Source of the DNA: Hyphochytrium catenoides
Taxonomy: Eukaryota > Protista > Hyphochytriomycota
Assembly (NCBI GenBank): GCA_900088475.1
Contig: FLMG01003171.1
Location: 1-41,586 of the forward strand
DNA length: 41,586 bases
Direction of reading: 5' to 3'
A program made the position numbers and the translations under genes. This document shows positions 11,501 through 23,970 of the stretch, piece after piece (the first letter of the stretch is position 1; each line of letters begins with the position of its first letter). The notes under the pieces are model-generated. The model was given only the letters and a program-made list of their open reading frames with translations, had not been told where the DNA came from and did not search any database.

Positions 11501-12678
11501 CTAGAGCACAATGCTGTCGGAGGGCTTAACCAGACATGGCTGGAGCTCTAAAGAAAGGTTACCGTCCGCCCGCTTGAGCTCGGGTCATCTGACCCACCGC
11601 TTGCCTGCGTAGTACTCGCGAGCCACCGCAAGATGAAGTTCATTACCTCGGCCGCCCTCGAGCGGCCAAGGCATTGCACTAAGCTGCGCACGAAAGTCCT
11701 TTGGTGGAAGCACGAAGAGGCCCCCGGATCTGGCAACCTGACGCACCAGCATTTCCACCTCCTGCGATGTGACATGATCTGAGACAGCGATTTTAGGGAA
11801 TATAACGGAGATAGCAAGATCGCTCAAGGCTGTCGCTTTGACGGAACCATCAACTGCAACTGAGTGGGAGAGGAGAGCCTCCAGGAGTTTGATAGTGAAA
11901 CCATGGCTGTGTTGAGCCCAGCAGTGTATCAAGAGATGGTCCCATATTCCCTCGTGGAGCAGAATCTCTAGCAATAGATCGGTTGGGAAGCAGCAAGCGT
12001 CAGAGCGACAAAACTCCTTTTGAATCTCTTCTAGCTTCTTCTTGGCGGCGTCAAGGGGCGTCCGGTAATCTTCTCCCTCCTCTGGGACTTGCTTTGCTGC
12101 AAGCTTGTGGTTTACTTGTTCGGTGGAGACTGTCTTTTTACGACGAAGCTGGGAAGCTGTTGGCTGGAGCTTGGGTGGTGAGAGCAAGGGAAGAGGCTCG
12201 TAAAGCGGCGCCAGGTCCACTGGAGGCAAGGGCACTGAGCAGTGAACCTGTCAGGAGATCGCGTATAACCCATGTGATAGAGCGCTTCTTACCTAGGAAA
12301 GTATTTTCAGGCCTCTTTCGCCCAGCATGCATCGGACGTGGCGGAATCTACGGCGGGTTGACCGTGAATTGTATTAGTACAAGTCCGCTCCCTCAGCACA
12401 TAATGCTAAGCTAGACGTACCCGTCTCCTTAAGAAGGACAGCTGCAGGATGTCGCCGTCTCGCCCTTCCTGATAGAGATGCCTCGTCCCCGGTAGATCTT
12501 CGTTAACCTGAGCTCCTGCTGCTGCATCTTTAAACAAAATCTCACGACCCACTGCCTGAGCCTTCTCCTGAAGGACCTCCTGCAGCTCTGTAGGGAGAAG
12601 CTCAATCAGGGGAATACCCTTCTGGGCTCCTTCGTCGAACTCCTCCCAGACCCTTAAGTACTCATCCCTTGAAGACAT
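11501..12678 (-). CDS. Hypothetical protein, multi-exon, no recognised domain
   Basis: Exon 12678-12421 (MSSRDEYLRVWEEFDEG..., GTACGT donor), a short exon IPPRPMHAGRKRPENTFL, then ORF 11585-12235 joined in phase 1. The 3' end is either 11585 (unspliced) or 11501 via a 57-nt GC-AG intron (11604-11548). Confidence 0.65.
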
Positions 12679-13944
12679 TTGTCAAAGACAAAGGAGGCAT
12701 TTGCCTTGGTTGTCCTTCATGAGGGGAGGTAGGAGCTTCGCCCTGGCTGTATATGTAGGCTCGAGTTATCGGCAAAGGATGCCCAACGGCTCACAGTCGA
12801 AACAAAGTAACTCGATAGAGCCACATCTGAGACCACGGTGCGATATTCAGTCATCTTCTTTGTCTGTCAGTATTGAGACAGCTCTTCTTTGTTTCTGGAT
12901 GCCTACGAGTAGCATCGGCGACCGGGTTGCTGCACAACTTCAGCCCCTCATCGAAGATCAAAAAGCTCCACCTCCACCCTCACATCAGCTCATCACCCTA
13001 AAATGTATGATTACTGATTACTAACCATAGATAGATGACTGATCAATAGTCTCGTATCATCTAGTTTATGCGCACAACTAGTAGTACAGCCAACAAGGAC
13101 AACGCACACGCCAGTACGAGGTACAAAACTGTCCCCGTAGTACATAATGGCTCGGGTCAGCTAGGGCACGTGTGTCCCAGGTACATAGGCCGCCACGGAA
13201 ATAGGGCGAAGACAGCGCTCCCTTGTTCTCCCAATCCTCCCTGTTCACATAATAACTCCGCTCATCCGTCCCAACTGCTGCTGCTTGATAGCATCAGCCA
13301 TCATCGCTATCCTCTTCCCTCCTTCCCTCCCTGCTGCTGCTGCTCGCCGCTGGATCTCTGAGGGTGGAGCCTCGCCATCAACAGCGAACAATCAACCGTC
13401 TAAGAGTGATGGCGACGATCTTCGTGCACAAAGCGTGAAGATTTAGTGCACTTCTGTCCCACCCTCCTATACTCTCTCCCTCTTTTGTGGTTTGTTTGGA
13501 TTCTCTAGCCCAGTAACCCCCTCCCCTCGTGTATCGAGATATGATGGTCTTTGGTGCGTCTCAGCCTCAGAACAAACCTTCTTCTACTCGTATGCATACT
13601 CCACACAGAACTCCCTCATGCCAGGCCTCGGGCTCCCTTCATGATGCCGCTCAGACCTCTACTTGTAGCAGGCAAGGAAGCACAGTGCGTTCGTCCAAAC
13701 AGTTTCCTTGCGTTAAGGAGCGACGTGACGACAATTGTGCTTTGGGGCGCGGACTCTCATAGCGAAGGCTCATGCTACAACAGTCTTCGGGCTGCTCCTC
13801 AGGCTTATTCTGATTGTTAGTGGCCTTTCTTTGAAGTCAGTGCTCGGCTTGCGGAGAACCAAGTGATTCTCATTTGCCAAGCTTCGCCACTCTGTCCGCA
13901 AGGTCCCTTATCCTTTACCCTAGCAGGCCGCGATAGGCATCATT

Positions 13945-16105
13945 ATGAGAGATATCCCTATAAGCGTTGCAGTATCCACCCCTCACATTGAGGGTGGGTC
14001 GTCTTCGGGGCGCAGCACGGAGGTAGTGGGCTCACACGCGGGGGCGGAGCCGCTGGACGAATCCTCTTGCCAATATCTTGAGGAAGGGAGGAGACGAACG
14101 GTCCTTCCACGACGAGTGGTGGTGGCAAGTTGGCTGTCCCACTATGGTTTTGAGACACGATGGTGGCTGGACGTTATCACCTTCATCATCTTGGGAGCCT
14201 TGACGTTGGTGATCCACATGGTGGACGACTTGCAGCCGGACGAGCCTTATTTCTTTGAAAGAGACCCAGCGGTAAGAAGAACGGTTGACGGTCTCAGATC
14301 TCCCTTTCTATTTGTGAACGCGCTGCGTGCCAAACAAGTCGTGAGGGGGGCTGTTGCTCTGACGTTTTTCTATGTCGACTTCATACTGGGGGCTACTACC
14401 CACCTACTCCTAGAGCAACTCAAAGCACCAAGCGCTTGCGGATTGAAAATCTTTTTGTCTTTGACATTGGCCGCAGTGTGATCTTAATTTGCCTTGCTCT
14501 TAGATAAGTTACCCTCTTCTGGATGAGACTGTGCCCACCTGGAGCGCGGGCATCATCGCCGTTGCTGTTCCGCTGGTTGCCATCATCACACTCCAATTCC
14601 AGCCCTTTAATATTATGCTGAATCCTCCTTTCGTAAGTACTCAAATGACATTAGGATCCAGTTCAGTAAGCAACAGACGGGGAAGCAGTAAGGAAGAGAA
14701 GCAGGATGACGAAGGGATAGTCAAGGAAGGGTGTGGACGGTCACCAATTCTTAGGCAAGGAAGGCAGTAAGACAGGCCTCCGTCTTGCAAGAGGTTGAAA
14801 TGCGATGGGTGGAGCGGAGATACCGACTGGCTCTATTCATTGATCGGACTCCCTTCTCATGATTTCCTTCTTTCCAAGCTCATCACGCTGGTGGATAGAG
14901 GTCTTCGCGTTCTTTTGTTCGGGTTGCCCGCCTCTAGCACAATAGTTGTCGACTAGGTGCATGAATGGCCATTGTGTCTAACTTTCTTCAATTCTATATG
15001 CGTCATCCTTAGAACTATGGGCTCCTAAACGTAATTGTTTACGTGGAAAACTTCGTGGTGACTGTCTTGCTAACTGAGGCCGCGAAGAATCTGACTGGGA
15101 GGCTAAGGCCAAACTTTCTGGCTTCCTGCGATTACAAGGGTATTGCACGTTTGGTTTCGTCAGCGAACCGCGGCTGCCGCTCTTTACTCTCTTCTAATTC
15201 TCCCTATGCAGGCTATAGAACGGCGATAGAGACGGGAGACTTTACCGAGTACTTCGCGGCAACAGTGCCTGGAAGGTTTGGAGATTACAAGGAATGTCGC
15301 AGACATGTGAGTGCTAAAAAAGAGATTCGTTCTTCGAGAACCGACTAACTTCTTTATTGCCTTTTTATCATCTTGCGCTCAATTCTCGTCTCCGTTGCTG
15401 CTCCTCTCCCTTGAACGTAGTTCTCTTCTAATGCCATCAAGAGCTTTCCATCTGGCCATGCTAGCACCGTCTTCAATGGTTGCATTTACCTCTGCATGTT
15501 TATTTGGTTTGGGATCCGGACGAAGAACCGGGTGAGTACAAATAGTGTTCGTGCATAGAGCTATCTTGATCCGTATCTCTAGAACAGAAGGCGACAAATA
15601 GATATGAAATGTTGTCTATATGTGGCGTGGATAGTGATGGGGAGAAGATTATACGAGGGCAGGTGAAGAGGGCGAAGCACACCACATCCGAGGCTGAAAG
15701 AAGGGAGTTCTAGCTTGTCTGGGTAGGAGGGATAAAGAATTCTGGACTCTAACAGCTTGTCTCATTCTTGCCAGTTTACTGTCTTGGCGGTAACTCTCTT
15801 CATCATTGCTCTGGCGGGGTTTATTACCATCTCTCGGGTGTATGACTACTATCACAGCACCACAGACGTTCTCGGCGGAACTTTCATTGGAGTCAGGTTA
15901 GCGCCCTATTTGACCTCATGCTGGGCGAGAAAGATCGCTGGCCATGGCAGCACCCATCTACTCATCCAGTGTAGATATCTCTTCTGACACTTTTTCTTCT
16001 CATCTTTTATCATGATCCCTTGTTATCAGCATAGCAGCAGCAATGTTCTCGTTGAACTTCCTGCCTTGGACCTTCAGGGAGCTGTCCAAGCAGAGAAATC
16101 ATTAG
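13945..16105 (+). CDS. PAP2-family lipid phosphate phosphatase / phosphatidic acid phosphatase, 7 exons, ~328 aa
   Basis: Exons 13945-14271, 14504-14632, 15013-15139, 15212-15306, 15421-15531, 15775-15896, 16030-16105 splice in frame. All three catalytic motifs are present: KNLTGRLRP, SFPSGH, SRVYDYYHSTTD. Also ISYP..ETVP and six hydrophobic segments. Confidence 0.95.
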
Positions 16106-17413
16106 GCTAAAGCAGCCTGAGAAGAGCACAGACCCCATGTCTGGTATTGACTATATACCACATGGTACCACATTGGAGTCCATTAGTAAGGGCACTTCTC
16201 CTCATTCCGCATTGCAAAACAACATACTCCGGTGTACTCAGGGATTGTAGTTTGACAGTAGGATGACCATACATCTCAGTTGTAACCGGCGGTGCGTGGC
16301 CGAGGCGATCAAGACAAATTTTTCACACTTATGATGCGCTTTTTATAGATCTAACAAAGCTCTTGCGCTTAGTTAAAGAGCGCCATTGCTGCTTGGTGTT
16401 TCTCAATGAGTTTGCTGGTGGTAGGCGTTCTCGTCCCTGTTAAATGTTTCTTCCACATCCCTTTCCTTAGTGTCACTTAACCTTACGGAAGGGCTTACTG
16501 AAGCCACCAGCCTCGTACTTTCGGTCTTGTTGACCTTCCTTCTCGTACTGACGTTGGTTAATCGAGGGGCCAGCATACCTACGCGAGGTCACTTAAATGG
16601 CAGGAGGACAGGAGGAGGTTTCCAGATGAAGGCGCTCTCTCTCATCCATCGGTCATTCCGTCTTCCTCCTGTCAGACGACTCTGTCTGGAAGTAAATCTT
16701 CGGAAGCATTGTGATGGGCTCTAGAGCTTGAATGATACAGTGAGTTGTTCCTACATACAGTACTATGTCAGAAAGAATATGATATGATGCTGTATCTGAT
16801 GGCATCTATCTGAAATAATCAATCAGCTGATAATCAGACCAGTCTTCCTCCCCACTTTCCCCATGCCCAAGGTGCACGTCAGTGTTGGATCACCGGGTCG
16901 GCCGTGAAGAACCCAATGTTTCCTAGAGATGGAAAGATTCAGATTGAGGAGGCTTACCACTGTGACAATGCATGAAAGCTTCATCAGAATTGATTACCGG
17001 AATATTCCCCTGGTGTGGTGGTCTACTTGCACTTGTTCTGTGGGCTGTGCGAAGGAAGGAGCTCTTTTTCCTTTACTTGCTTTCCTCCTTTGGCCGTCCT
17101 TGGCCGCCTTCCTCCTCCTCCTCCGCTCTTCCCTCTCACACCGCGGGAGCTTCAACCTTCCGCTCGCTCTCACTCCTCCAGCGCTCCTGAGCTCACTCAA
17201 AAGCGAGCTGCCAGGTGTCCAATCTGTGGAAGATCTCTCACGCCCACGGAAAGTTTAGGTCTTCACTTTCCGTCTGTCGCTGTCTCCATCATCTATCGAC
17301 TCCTATCTCTCCTGGTGCTAACGTCAGTAAGGCCCTGGAGCACCTGCCTCGGATATACAAAGCTTCACTTAATTAGCGCGAGCAGGCAGAGACCAGCTGT
17401 CATTTTGAAAGTC

Positions 17414-20020
17414 ATGGGGAAGAACAGCAACAATCAGAATCAAGGCAATGGCAACGAGAAAGATGTCGGGCAAGAAGTGTCTGCGGCCGTGGCTAAGCTA
17501 CGCAAATCATTCAAAAGCGGGAAGACCTTATCGGTAGAGTGGAGAAAGCAGCAATTGAGATCCTTCCAGCGTATGATGAAGGAGAAGAAGGCGGAAATAT
17601 GCGAAGCGCTTTGGAAAGATCTGCATAAGAATGAGGTAAGCAACGACCTCATTACATCATCTGCCTTTGACTGCCCTGAAAGTGCGCCGACGCGCTTGGT
17701 TCACTTAGCTACAGCCCTCTCAGACCCCTCGATGGTGCCTCGTGCTGACATTTTGACGGTTGTCCGTCTTTCTTTTTCTTGTCTTTGACGTGGCAGTTTG
17801 AGGCATGGCTGACAGAGGGCAACATGGTGGAGGCTGAGATTCAGTATCATCTTGATAATATCGACAATTGGGCCCGACCAACTTGCGTCCCCACCGACCC
17901 ATTGAACATTCCAGGCCGCTCTCTGCTGCAGCGCAACCCCTACGGCGTGGTCTGTGTCATTGGTGCCTGGAATTATCCAGTTCTCCTCGCCCTGCAGCCG
18001 CTCGTCGGTGCTATTTCGGCAGGGAACTGCGCTGTGCTAAAGACCCCTTCTGACCAATACTCTGCAGCCACAAGTAGCACGTTGGCTCGCCTTGTGAGAC
18101 AGTAAGTTAACTCGAAGAGTTATATAAGACTGGATTGGGGAGTTTAAAGATATATAGAAGAGTAGTGGAGAGCGGATAGGGTCGAGCAGGAGACAATCTT
18201 TATCACTGACTGAAGTGACCGAAGTAGAGGGCCCCACCTGACCTTTTCCCTCATATTCCTTCGCTACCCTGCGCCTCCCTCGATAGATATCTCGACCCTG
18301 AATGCATTGCCGTCGTGGAGGGAGACAGAGAGGCGACTCAGGCGGTGCTGAAGGAGAGGTGGGACTTTATTTTCTTCACTGGCGGCTGCTTTGTTGGGAG
18401 ACTGGTGGCGGAGGCGGCTGCCAAGAACCTGACTCCTGTTGCGCTAGAGCTGGGAGGGAAGAACCCTTGCGTCATCACCGAGAGCGCAAATATTGAAGTC
18501 TCTTGCCGACGACTGGTCTTTGCGGCTTTTATGAATGCCGGACAGGTGAGGCAAATGCTTCGGAGTAGGGCTAAGAAAGCATCTGGATGGGAGATAGCTC
18601 GCTAGAGAGGTTGAAAAAAAGGAACATTCTGGCGTCTCTGTCGCCTTTGATTGTTCTTCGCATGTGAATCTCGAAATCCTTCGCACGCCCTCTCTCTCAT
18701 TGCAGTCTTTGGTCTCCATGCTATAGACTTGTGTGCGGCCCGACCACGTCCTGGTCCATCACTCGGTTGCGGACAAGTTCATTAGCACTGTGAAGAAGAC
18801 AATCCTGGACTTCTACGGATCTGATCCTCAGAAAGGGGAGGGACTGGGGAGGCTTATCAACACTCGCGCCTTTCAGCGAGTGGCCAAGCTTCTTGAGGAC
18901 GACGCAAAGTACATCGTTCATGGTGGAGAGGTCGACGAAAAGGAAAAGTGAGTTCCTTAATTCATATTTTGCTCTCTTCCTTCAGTTCCTTGTGGCCCTT
19001 TCTCTCACTTGGCCCTATCCCTGTGTTTCTTGGGTTCTTTTTAACTTAAACACTGAGTATGGCGGACCAGTCTGCACGCCGTTGTTTTGCCGGACCAAGT
19101 ACATCTTCTCCTGACGCGGCTCTTTCTCGTCTCTTCACGACCTTAGATACGTGGCTCCGACGGTTCTAGACTTTGGTACGGATGAGGAAGCTTTTCTGAA
19201 GGCGGCCTCCATGCAGGACGAGATCTTTGGGCCGCTGATGCCGGTCTTCCGGTACAAGGACTTCGATTGGGTCCTCAACTACATTAACGGTAAGTCCTCT
19301 CTTTCACAGACTTCCGCTGGCTCGTACATGTCCTCCAAAGCTCTCGGGTTCCCAGAGCCTCCAACTGGTTCTGCTGTCTGCGGTTCATTTGACTCTTTCC
19401 CTTCTCCGCACTCCTTAGCTCGGCGACGGCTCGCTCCTGCTCTCTTTTCGGCTCACTATGAGCCTCACTATGAGCCATTCAGGGTCATTGTCCTTGTATT
19501 ATACCTTGCCTTTATTGTCTCTCTGGGCCCCTAAGTCTTGGCGCTGTCAGTGGTGCCCTAACTTCTCTGCTTACACTTAGACCATGAGAAGCCCCTAGCT
19601 CTCTCCGCCTTCACCTCCAACAAGAAGGAACAAGAGCGCCTCAGCCTAGAGACCTCCTCCGGCTCCCTTTGCATCAACGACGCAGTTGTCTTCCTCTCCA
19701 ACCACAACCTTCCTTTCGGAGGAGTAGGAAGATCAGGGATGGGAGCATATCATGGAAAACGCACGTTTGAAGTCTTCAGCCATGAGAAGGCAGTGCTGGT
19801 CAAGGGCACGTGGCCCGATCCTCCTGTTCGCTACCCGCCGTTTGATCCCTTCAAGAAGCAGATTGTGGCGCTGGCGACAACGGCAGTGCCGAAGTGGAAG
19901 GTGAAGATGATGAAGATCCTCTTTTATCTGTTGATCTTCTTGATCATTCGCGCCAAGATGCCGTCGAAGGAGGCACTGAAGGGCAAGCTTATCATGTTTG
20001 CTACGCAGTATCTTATGTGA
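17414..20020 (+). CDS. ALDH3: Aldehyde dehydrogenase family 3 (fatty-aldehyde dehydrogenase-like) with a C-terminal hydrophobic anchor, 6 exons, ~529 aa
   Basis: Exons 17414-17635, 17797-18101, 18287-18545, 18727-18947, 19147-19289, 19581-20020 splice in frame. Motifs PYGVVCVIGAWNYP, GAISAGNC, FFTGG, LELGGKNP (catalytic Glu), NAGQTCVRPD (catalytic Cys), EIFGP, LPFGGVGRSGMGAYHG, RYPP. Tail ILFYLLIFLII. Confidence 0.96.
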
Positions 20021-20737
20021 GAGAGCGTGCTTGTCGTCGTCTCTCTGCCTTTCCCTTCCCTTGGTCTCTCTCTTACCTGTGGCGCTGGCTCAAGTCTTAC
20101 TCTTCTTGATGTTTGCCTCTGCTCTGGTTTTCTTCTCCTCTTGACTTGCTAAAAGCCATAATGGAACCTTTTTCTCACCGTGCGATGCTGCCAGAGACTG
20201 TCTAGGTGATAGGTGCACACCATATTGCTACCACTCTGGTTCCTCTCTCGTTCCTTGACCTTCATCCTCCTTTCATGACTCAATACATCTAAGAGCAACG
20301 TGTTTCTCTTTATTTCTGATGGTTTTCTGTCCTTTTAAATTCTCCCTCGCCCGTGACTCCCTCTTGTCATCTCCTGGTGCCGTTGAGAGGCCCTGCACTG
20401 TTCTTCCTCCTTGGCTCCCTACCTACAGGTTGCGGTCTCCGTCTAATGAGCATGAATTATACTTATAAAGGCAAAGTAGCCGTGTCTCTCTGTACCTCTC
20501 TTACTTTGCTCTTGTCCCGTCCCACTAAGGACCTTACGTTGAAAGCAAATATCTTACTCTCTACGGGACATGGGGCTAGTAAGCAGTGACCATAGCCATA
20601 ATAATGTTGGCAAGCGCCCTGACGAGTACGAAGGGACTAGCTATAAAGGTCAAAGGGAAGCATTATGGAAAGAGAAATATGACACAAGAGAAGGCAGAGT
20701 GAGACCGTTTGCCGCGCCGATAACTTTGCTCTTCCTC

Positions 20738-21120
20738 TTAGTGCGACTCTTGGTGCGATTGGAAGAAGTCTCTGGCAGCGCCTTGAAGAGCGGCACGGGA
20801 AGCGTTGAGCTTCATCTGACTTTCCATCAGCTCCGCCCGCAGCGCCTGTCAGAGAGAAGGGATGAGGAAGAGAAACAGATGTAAGCCTGATGTTGAGACG
20901 ATCAAGAGAGTACGCAGAAGCAACTAAAGAGAAAGGAAAGCGTGAGAGAGTTCAACGACCGTTCAAAGAACTGTACAGCCGCCAAGACGAGTGAATGAGA
21001 CAGAGCAAAAAGTATCCCACGTGGGGATCAAGGCAAACGGTGCCGGAAGTCTCCGAAAGAGGATAGTCAAGGAAAGAGAGAGAGAGGAAGAGAGGGGAGG
21101 GGAGACAGAACGAGAGAGAG

Positions 21121-21153
<33 letters not shown>

Positions 21154-22798
21154 GAAGGATAGAGATCCAAATTCACCTTCAAGGTAAGTCCCTCTTGAAA
21201 GTTCTTTGTGAGTTCTTCAAGCAAAGAACCGTTCAGGGCGCTCTCATCCTTTCCGGACGAGGCGGACATCCCTGGGCCCTCAGTCGCAGAAGAAACGCTA
21301 AAGCGCCGATGAGGGGAAGATAACAGGGAAACGTATACAGACGCAGGCGAGTAACATAATGGTGATCAGGAGTGCAGATAAGGGCGCATGGAAGACCAAG
21401 ACGAGAGAGACAGAAAAAGGGAGAGAGAGAGGGAGGAAAGAGAGAGCGAGAGAGGAGGGAGAGAGACTGCTCGAGAGAGAGTTGAAAATGAGAGAAGACA
21501 GTGGGAGAGTGAGATAGAGAGAACAGAGAGGGCATGTATATGGACACGTGCCAGACAGACCAAATAAGGAAAGTGGCGCTTTGAGTGACGGAGAGGGGCT
21601 GTCACCTGGTGTTGCTGGCTTTGCGAGTAGCATTGCTCTTCTTGACAACTTTCTTTGAGGCTTTCTTCTTAGGTTTAGCAGCTTTCGAGCTGTAAGGTTG
21701 TCCTGCTTTCTTATCTGCACAGCACGCACAAAAGAGAGAGAGGCGAGAGGATAAGTGGTTGAAGTCTTTCTATGCCCCCTTTTGCTCCCACCTGAGCTGG
21801 TTTGCCCTCTCCGCCCTTGTGGGGCAACATTAGAGCGGTCTGCTTGGCCATCCTCCTCCTCGTCGTCTTCAGGGTCCGCAGGGTCCAACCTCGAGCCCTT
21901 CTGCAGCGACATGAATCCAGTTAGACTTCTACAAATGTGAGAACAACCGGTCTCTCTCTCTTGTCTGTCTCCTCTGCATGTGTCCCTGCTTGTCTGTCTG
22001 CTGTCTCTCTGTCATTGTCTCGTTTCGCTCTCGTCTAGGGTTCATTGCCTCTCTCTCTATCATCCATCTCGGTTAATTTCCATTCACTCTATTTGCTTCT
22101 CGAGTCTCTCTTCCTCTAAACACCGCCACCACTTACTCTTTCTTCTCCCCATCTCTCACCTGCAGCTGCTCGACGTATGCAAACGCTTCCCTAAGAAGTT
22201 CCTGGTTCAAAGGTCTGTCAACCTTCTCTGGCACTTTCTTCCCAGGATACCGGCTCTTAGCCTGACTCGATCGCTGAGGAGAGGTAGAGGTTAATAGGAT
22301 GTGGCGGTGACACTTAGGCAGGAGGTGGGCCTATAAGAGAGAAAAGCCCATCTCCAGAGTTCCCTCTTCCTTCTACTCTCGCCGCTACTCTACCTTCCTT
22401 GCCACTCATCCTTTTATTCACTCATCAGCGTCAAAGACTCTCACCTGTACGTGAGACACCTCACTGCCTACTTTGTCTTTTGGAAGCTTTGGCAGAGCTG
22501 AGGCGTCTCTGTCAAAGCTTTTGATGCTGTGACGGACGGAGGAACACAATTCACTATCAGCTGCGGCCCACACGGGAGAAAATTAAAAGGATTGACACCA
22601 AAGATGAGACGACAACTCACTTTGGGGCGGGTTTAGTCAGGAAAGTGTTCACCTCGTCCCAAAACCTTGCCTCATCGGAAGGAGCACCTTCGGCTTAAAG
22701 AGCAGTCCAAGAGGGTGACAATTAGCAATTACATGCCCAGGAGTGAGAAAGAGGAAGAGGGAGAGACGAGAGAAAAAGAGAAACAGAGAGCGAGCGAC

Positions 22799-22833
<35 letters not shown>

Positions 22834-23359
22834 GTGAAAGTACACTTAGCAATCAAGAAACAGCGGGACAGACAGAGACAAGGCTCGACGACGAGTTCCT
22901 CGACGCCCTGCTGGGAGAGTGCCAAGAGAGCCATAGAAAGCAGGTAATAGACACAAAGTGAGAGGCGACGGAGACGGAACGGAGGTTCTCTGGAGATAAA
23001 CCCGGAGTGAAGACCTAATGATCTTACTTCCTGTAGACTGTCGGGAGCTAGTGGATCTGCTGCTATTGTGACTGCGAGGGGTAGGGACAGGAGGAAGGAA
23101 GGAAGAAGAGGATGATGGCTCTTCTTCCCTGCTCTCTGAGAGGTCCCCCCGCTCATTGTTGACCTCTTCTTCTCCCCCTGAAGAATAATATTCACTATAG
23201 GACAAGGAGTGAGGTGCAGCGCGTGATAGGTTTCTTTTGAAGCAACGCCCACCTTGATTCTCCCTCATTCGCCTCCTGTGTTGCTGGCTCTACATGTTCC
23301 TTCGGCTCGTAGTCAAGCCCACGAGAGAGCTGACCACCATTAGCAAGGAAAGTCGTCAT
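20738..23359 (-). CDS. Hypothetical largely disordered protein with short helical blocks and a C-terminal coiled coil (about 9 exons)
   Basis: Phase-consistent exons: MTTFLANGGQLSRGLDYE..., EYYSSGGEEE..., EARFWDEVNTFLTKPAPK, DASALPKLPK..., RPLNQELLREAFAYVEQLQ, KGSRLDPADPEDDEEE..., a K-rich exon, LLEELTKNFQEGLTLK (ends 21177), and ALRAELMESQMKLNASRAALQGAARDFFQSHQESH* (20845-20738). Start codon uncertain. Confidence 0.7.
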
Positions 23360-23926
23360 CCCTCTGAAAGGAGACAGTCCCAAGCAAGAAGGAAGAGACG
23401 CACACTGGCGGTAGAAGGAGAGAAGGCTGAAGACTCGACGACAAACTTATTCGAGGAACTAGCTCAACTCGATTGCTCTCATTGGGCCCGTTAGGCTGGC
23501 TGGGCTAAACCTTCAAGGTAAGTGTAGACGAAAGAGAGGTCAAAGTGGAGCCTGGGGGTGTTCGTTGCTGCTCTCTCAGCCTCACAAACTCAAGCCCGGC
23601 AACCTGAAGAAAGGCAAGAAGAGACGCACTTTTTGAATGTCAATAGCTTTGATGGCCCAGAAGAGACATTACGAAAGACCTTAGAAGGGATAATATGAAG
23701 GACTGAGTGGAGAGAGAGAAGAAAGTGTATACCCCAGCACGAAAGGAACAGGTCCCGTGTGCATGAGAGTAGAGGCAGGGGAACAGACTGAGAAGAACGA
23801 GGGCGAGAGAGCAAGATGATAGCGACAGAGAAGGAAAGAGGAGGGGAGATCCCGAGAAGCGCGAAAGAGAAAGAAAGAGAGGGAGAGAGCGAGAGCGAGA
23901 GAGGGAGAAAGCGAGAGAGCGAGAGC

Positions 23927-23970
<44 letters not shown>

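Noticed and set aside
16876-16881. ACGTCA (TGACGT, bZIP/aureochrome-type site) upstream of ALDH3, also at 17320
   Set aside because: A hexamer is expected about every 2 kb on two strands, so it is uninformative alone.
17015-17413. N-terminal extension of ALDH3 in ORF 17015-17788
   Set aside because: Non-ATG start and low-complexity sequence; the first in-frame ATG is 17414 and fits the normal ALDH3 length.
19452-19476. 12-bp duplication CTCACTATGAGC in an ALDH3 intron
   Set aside because: Ordinary slippage duplication with no further structure.
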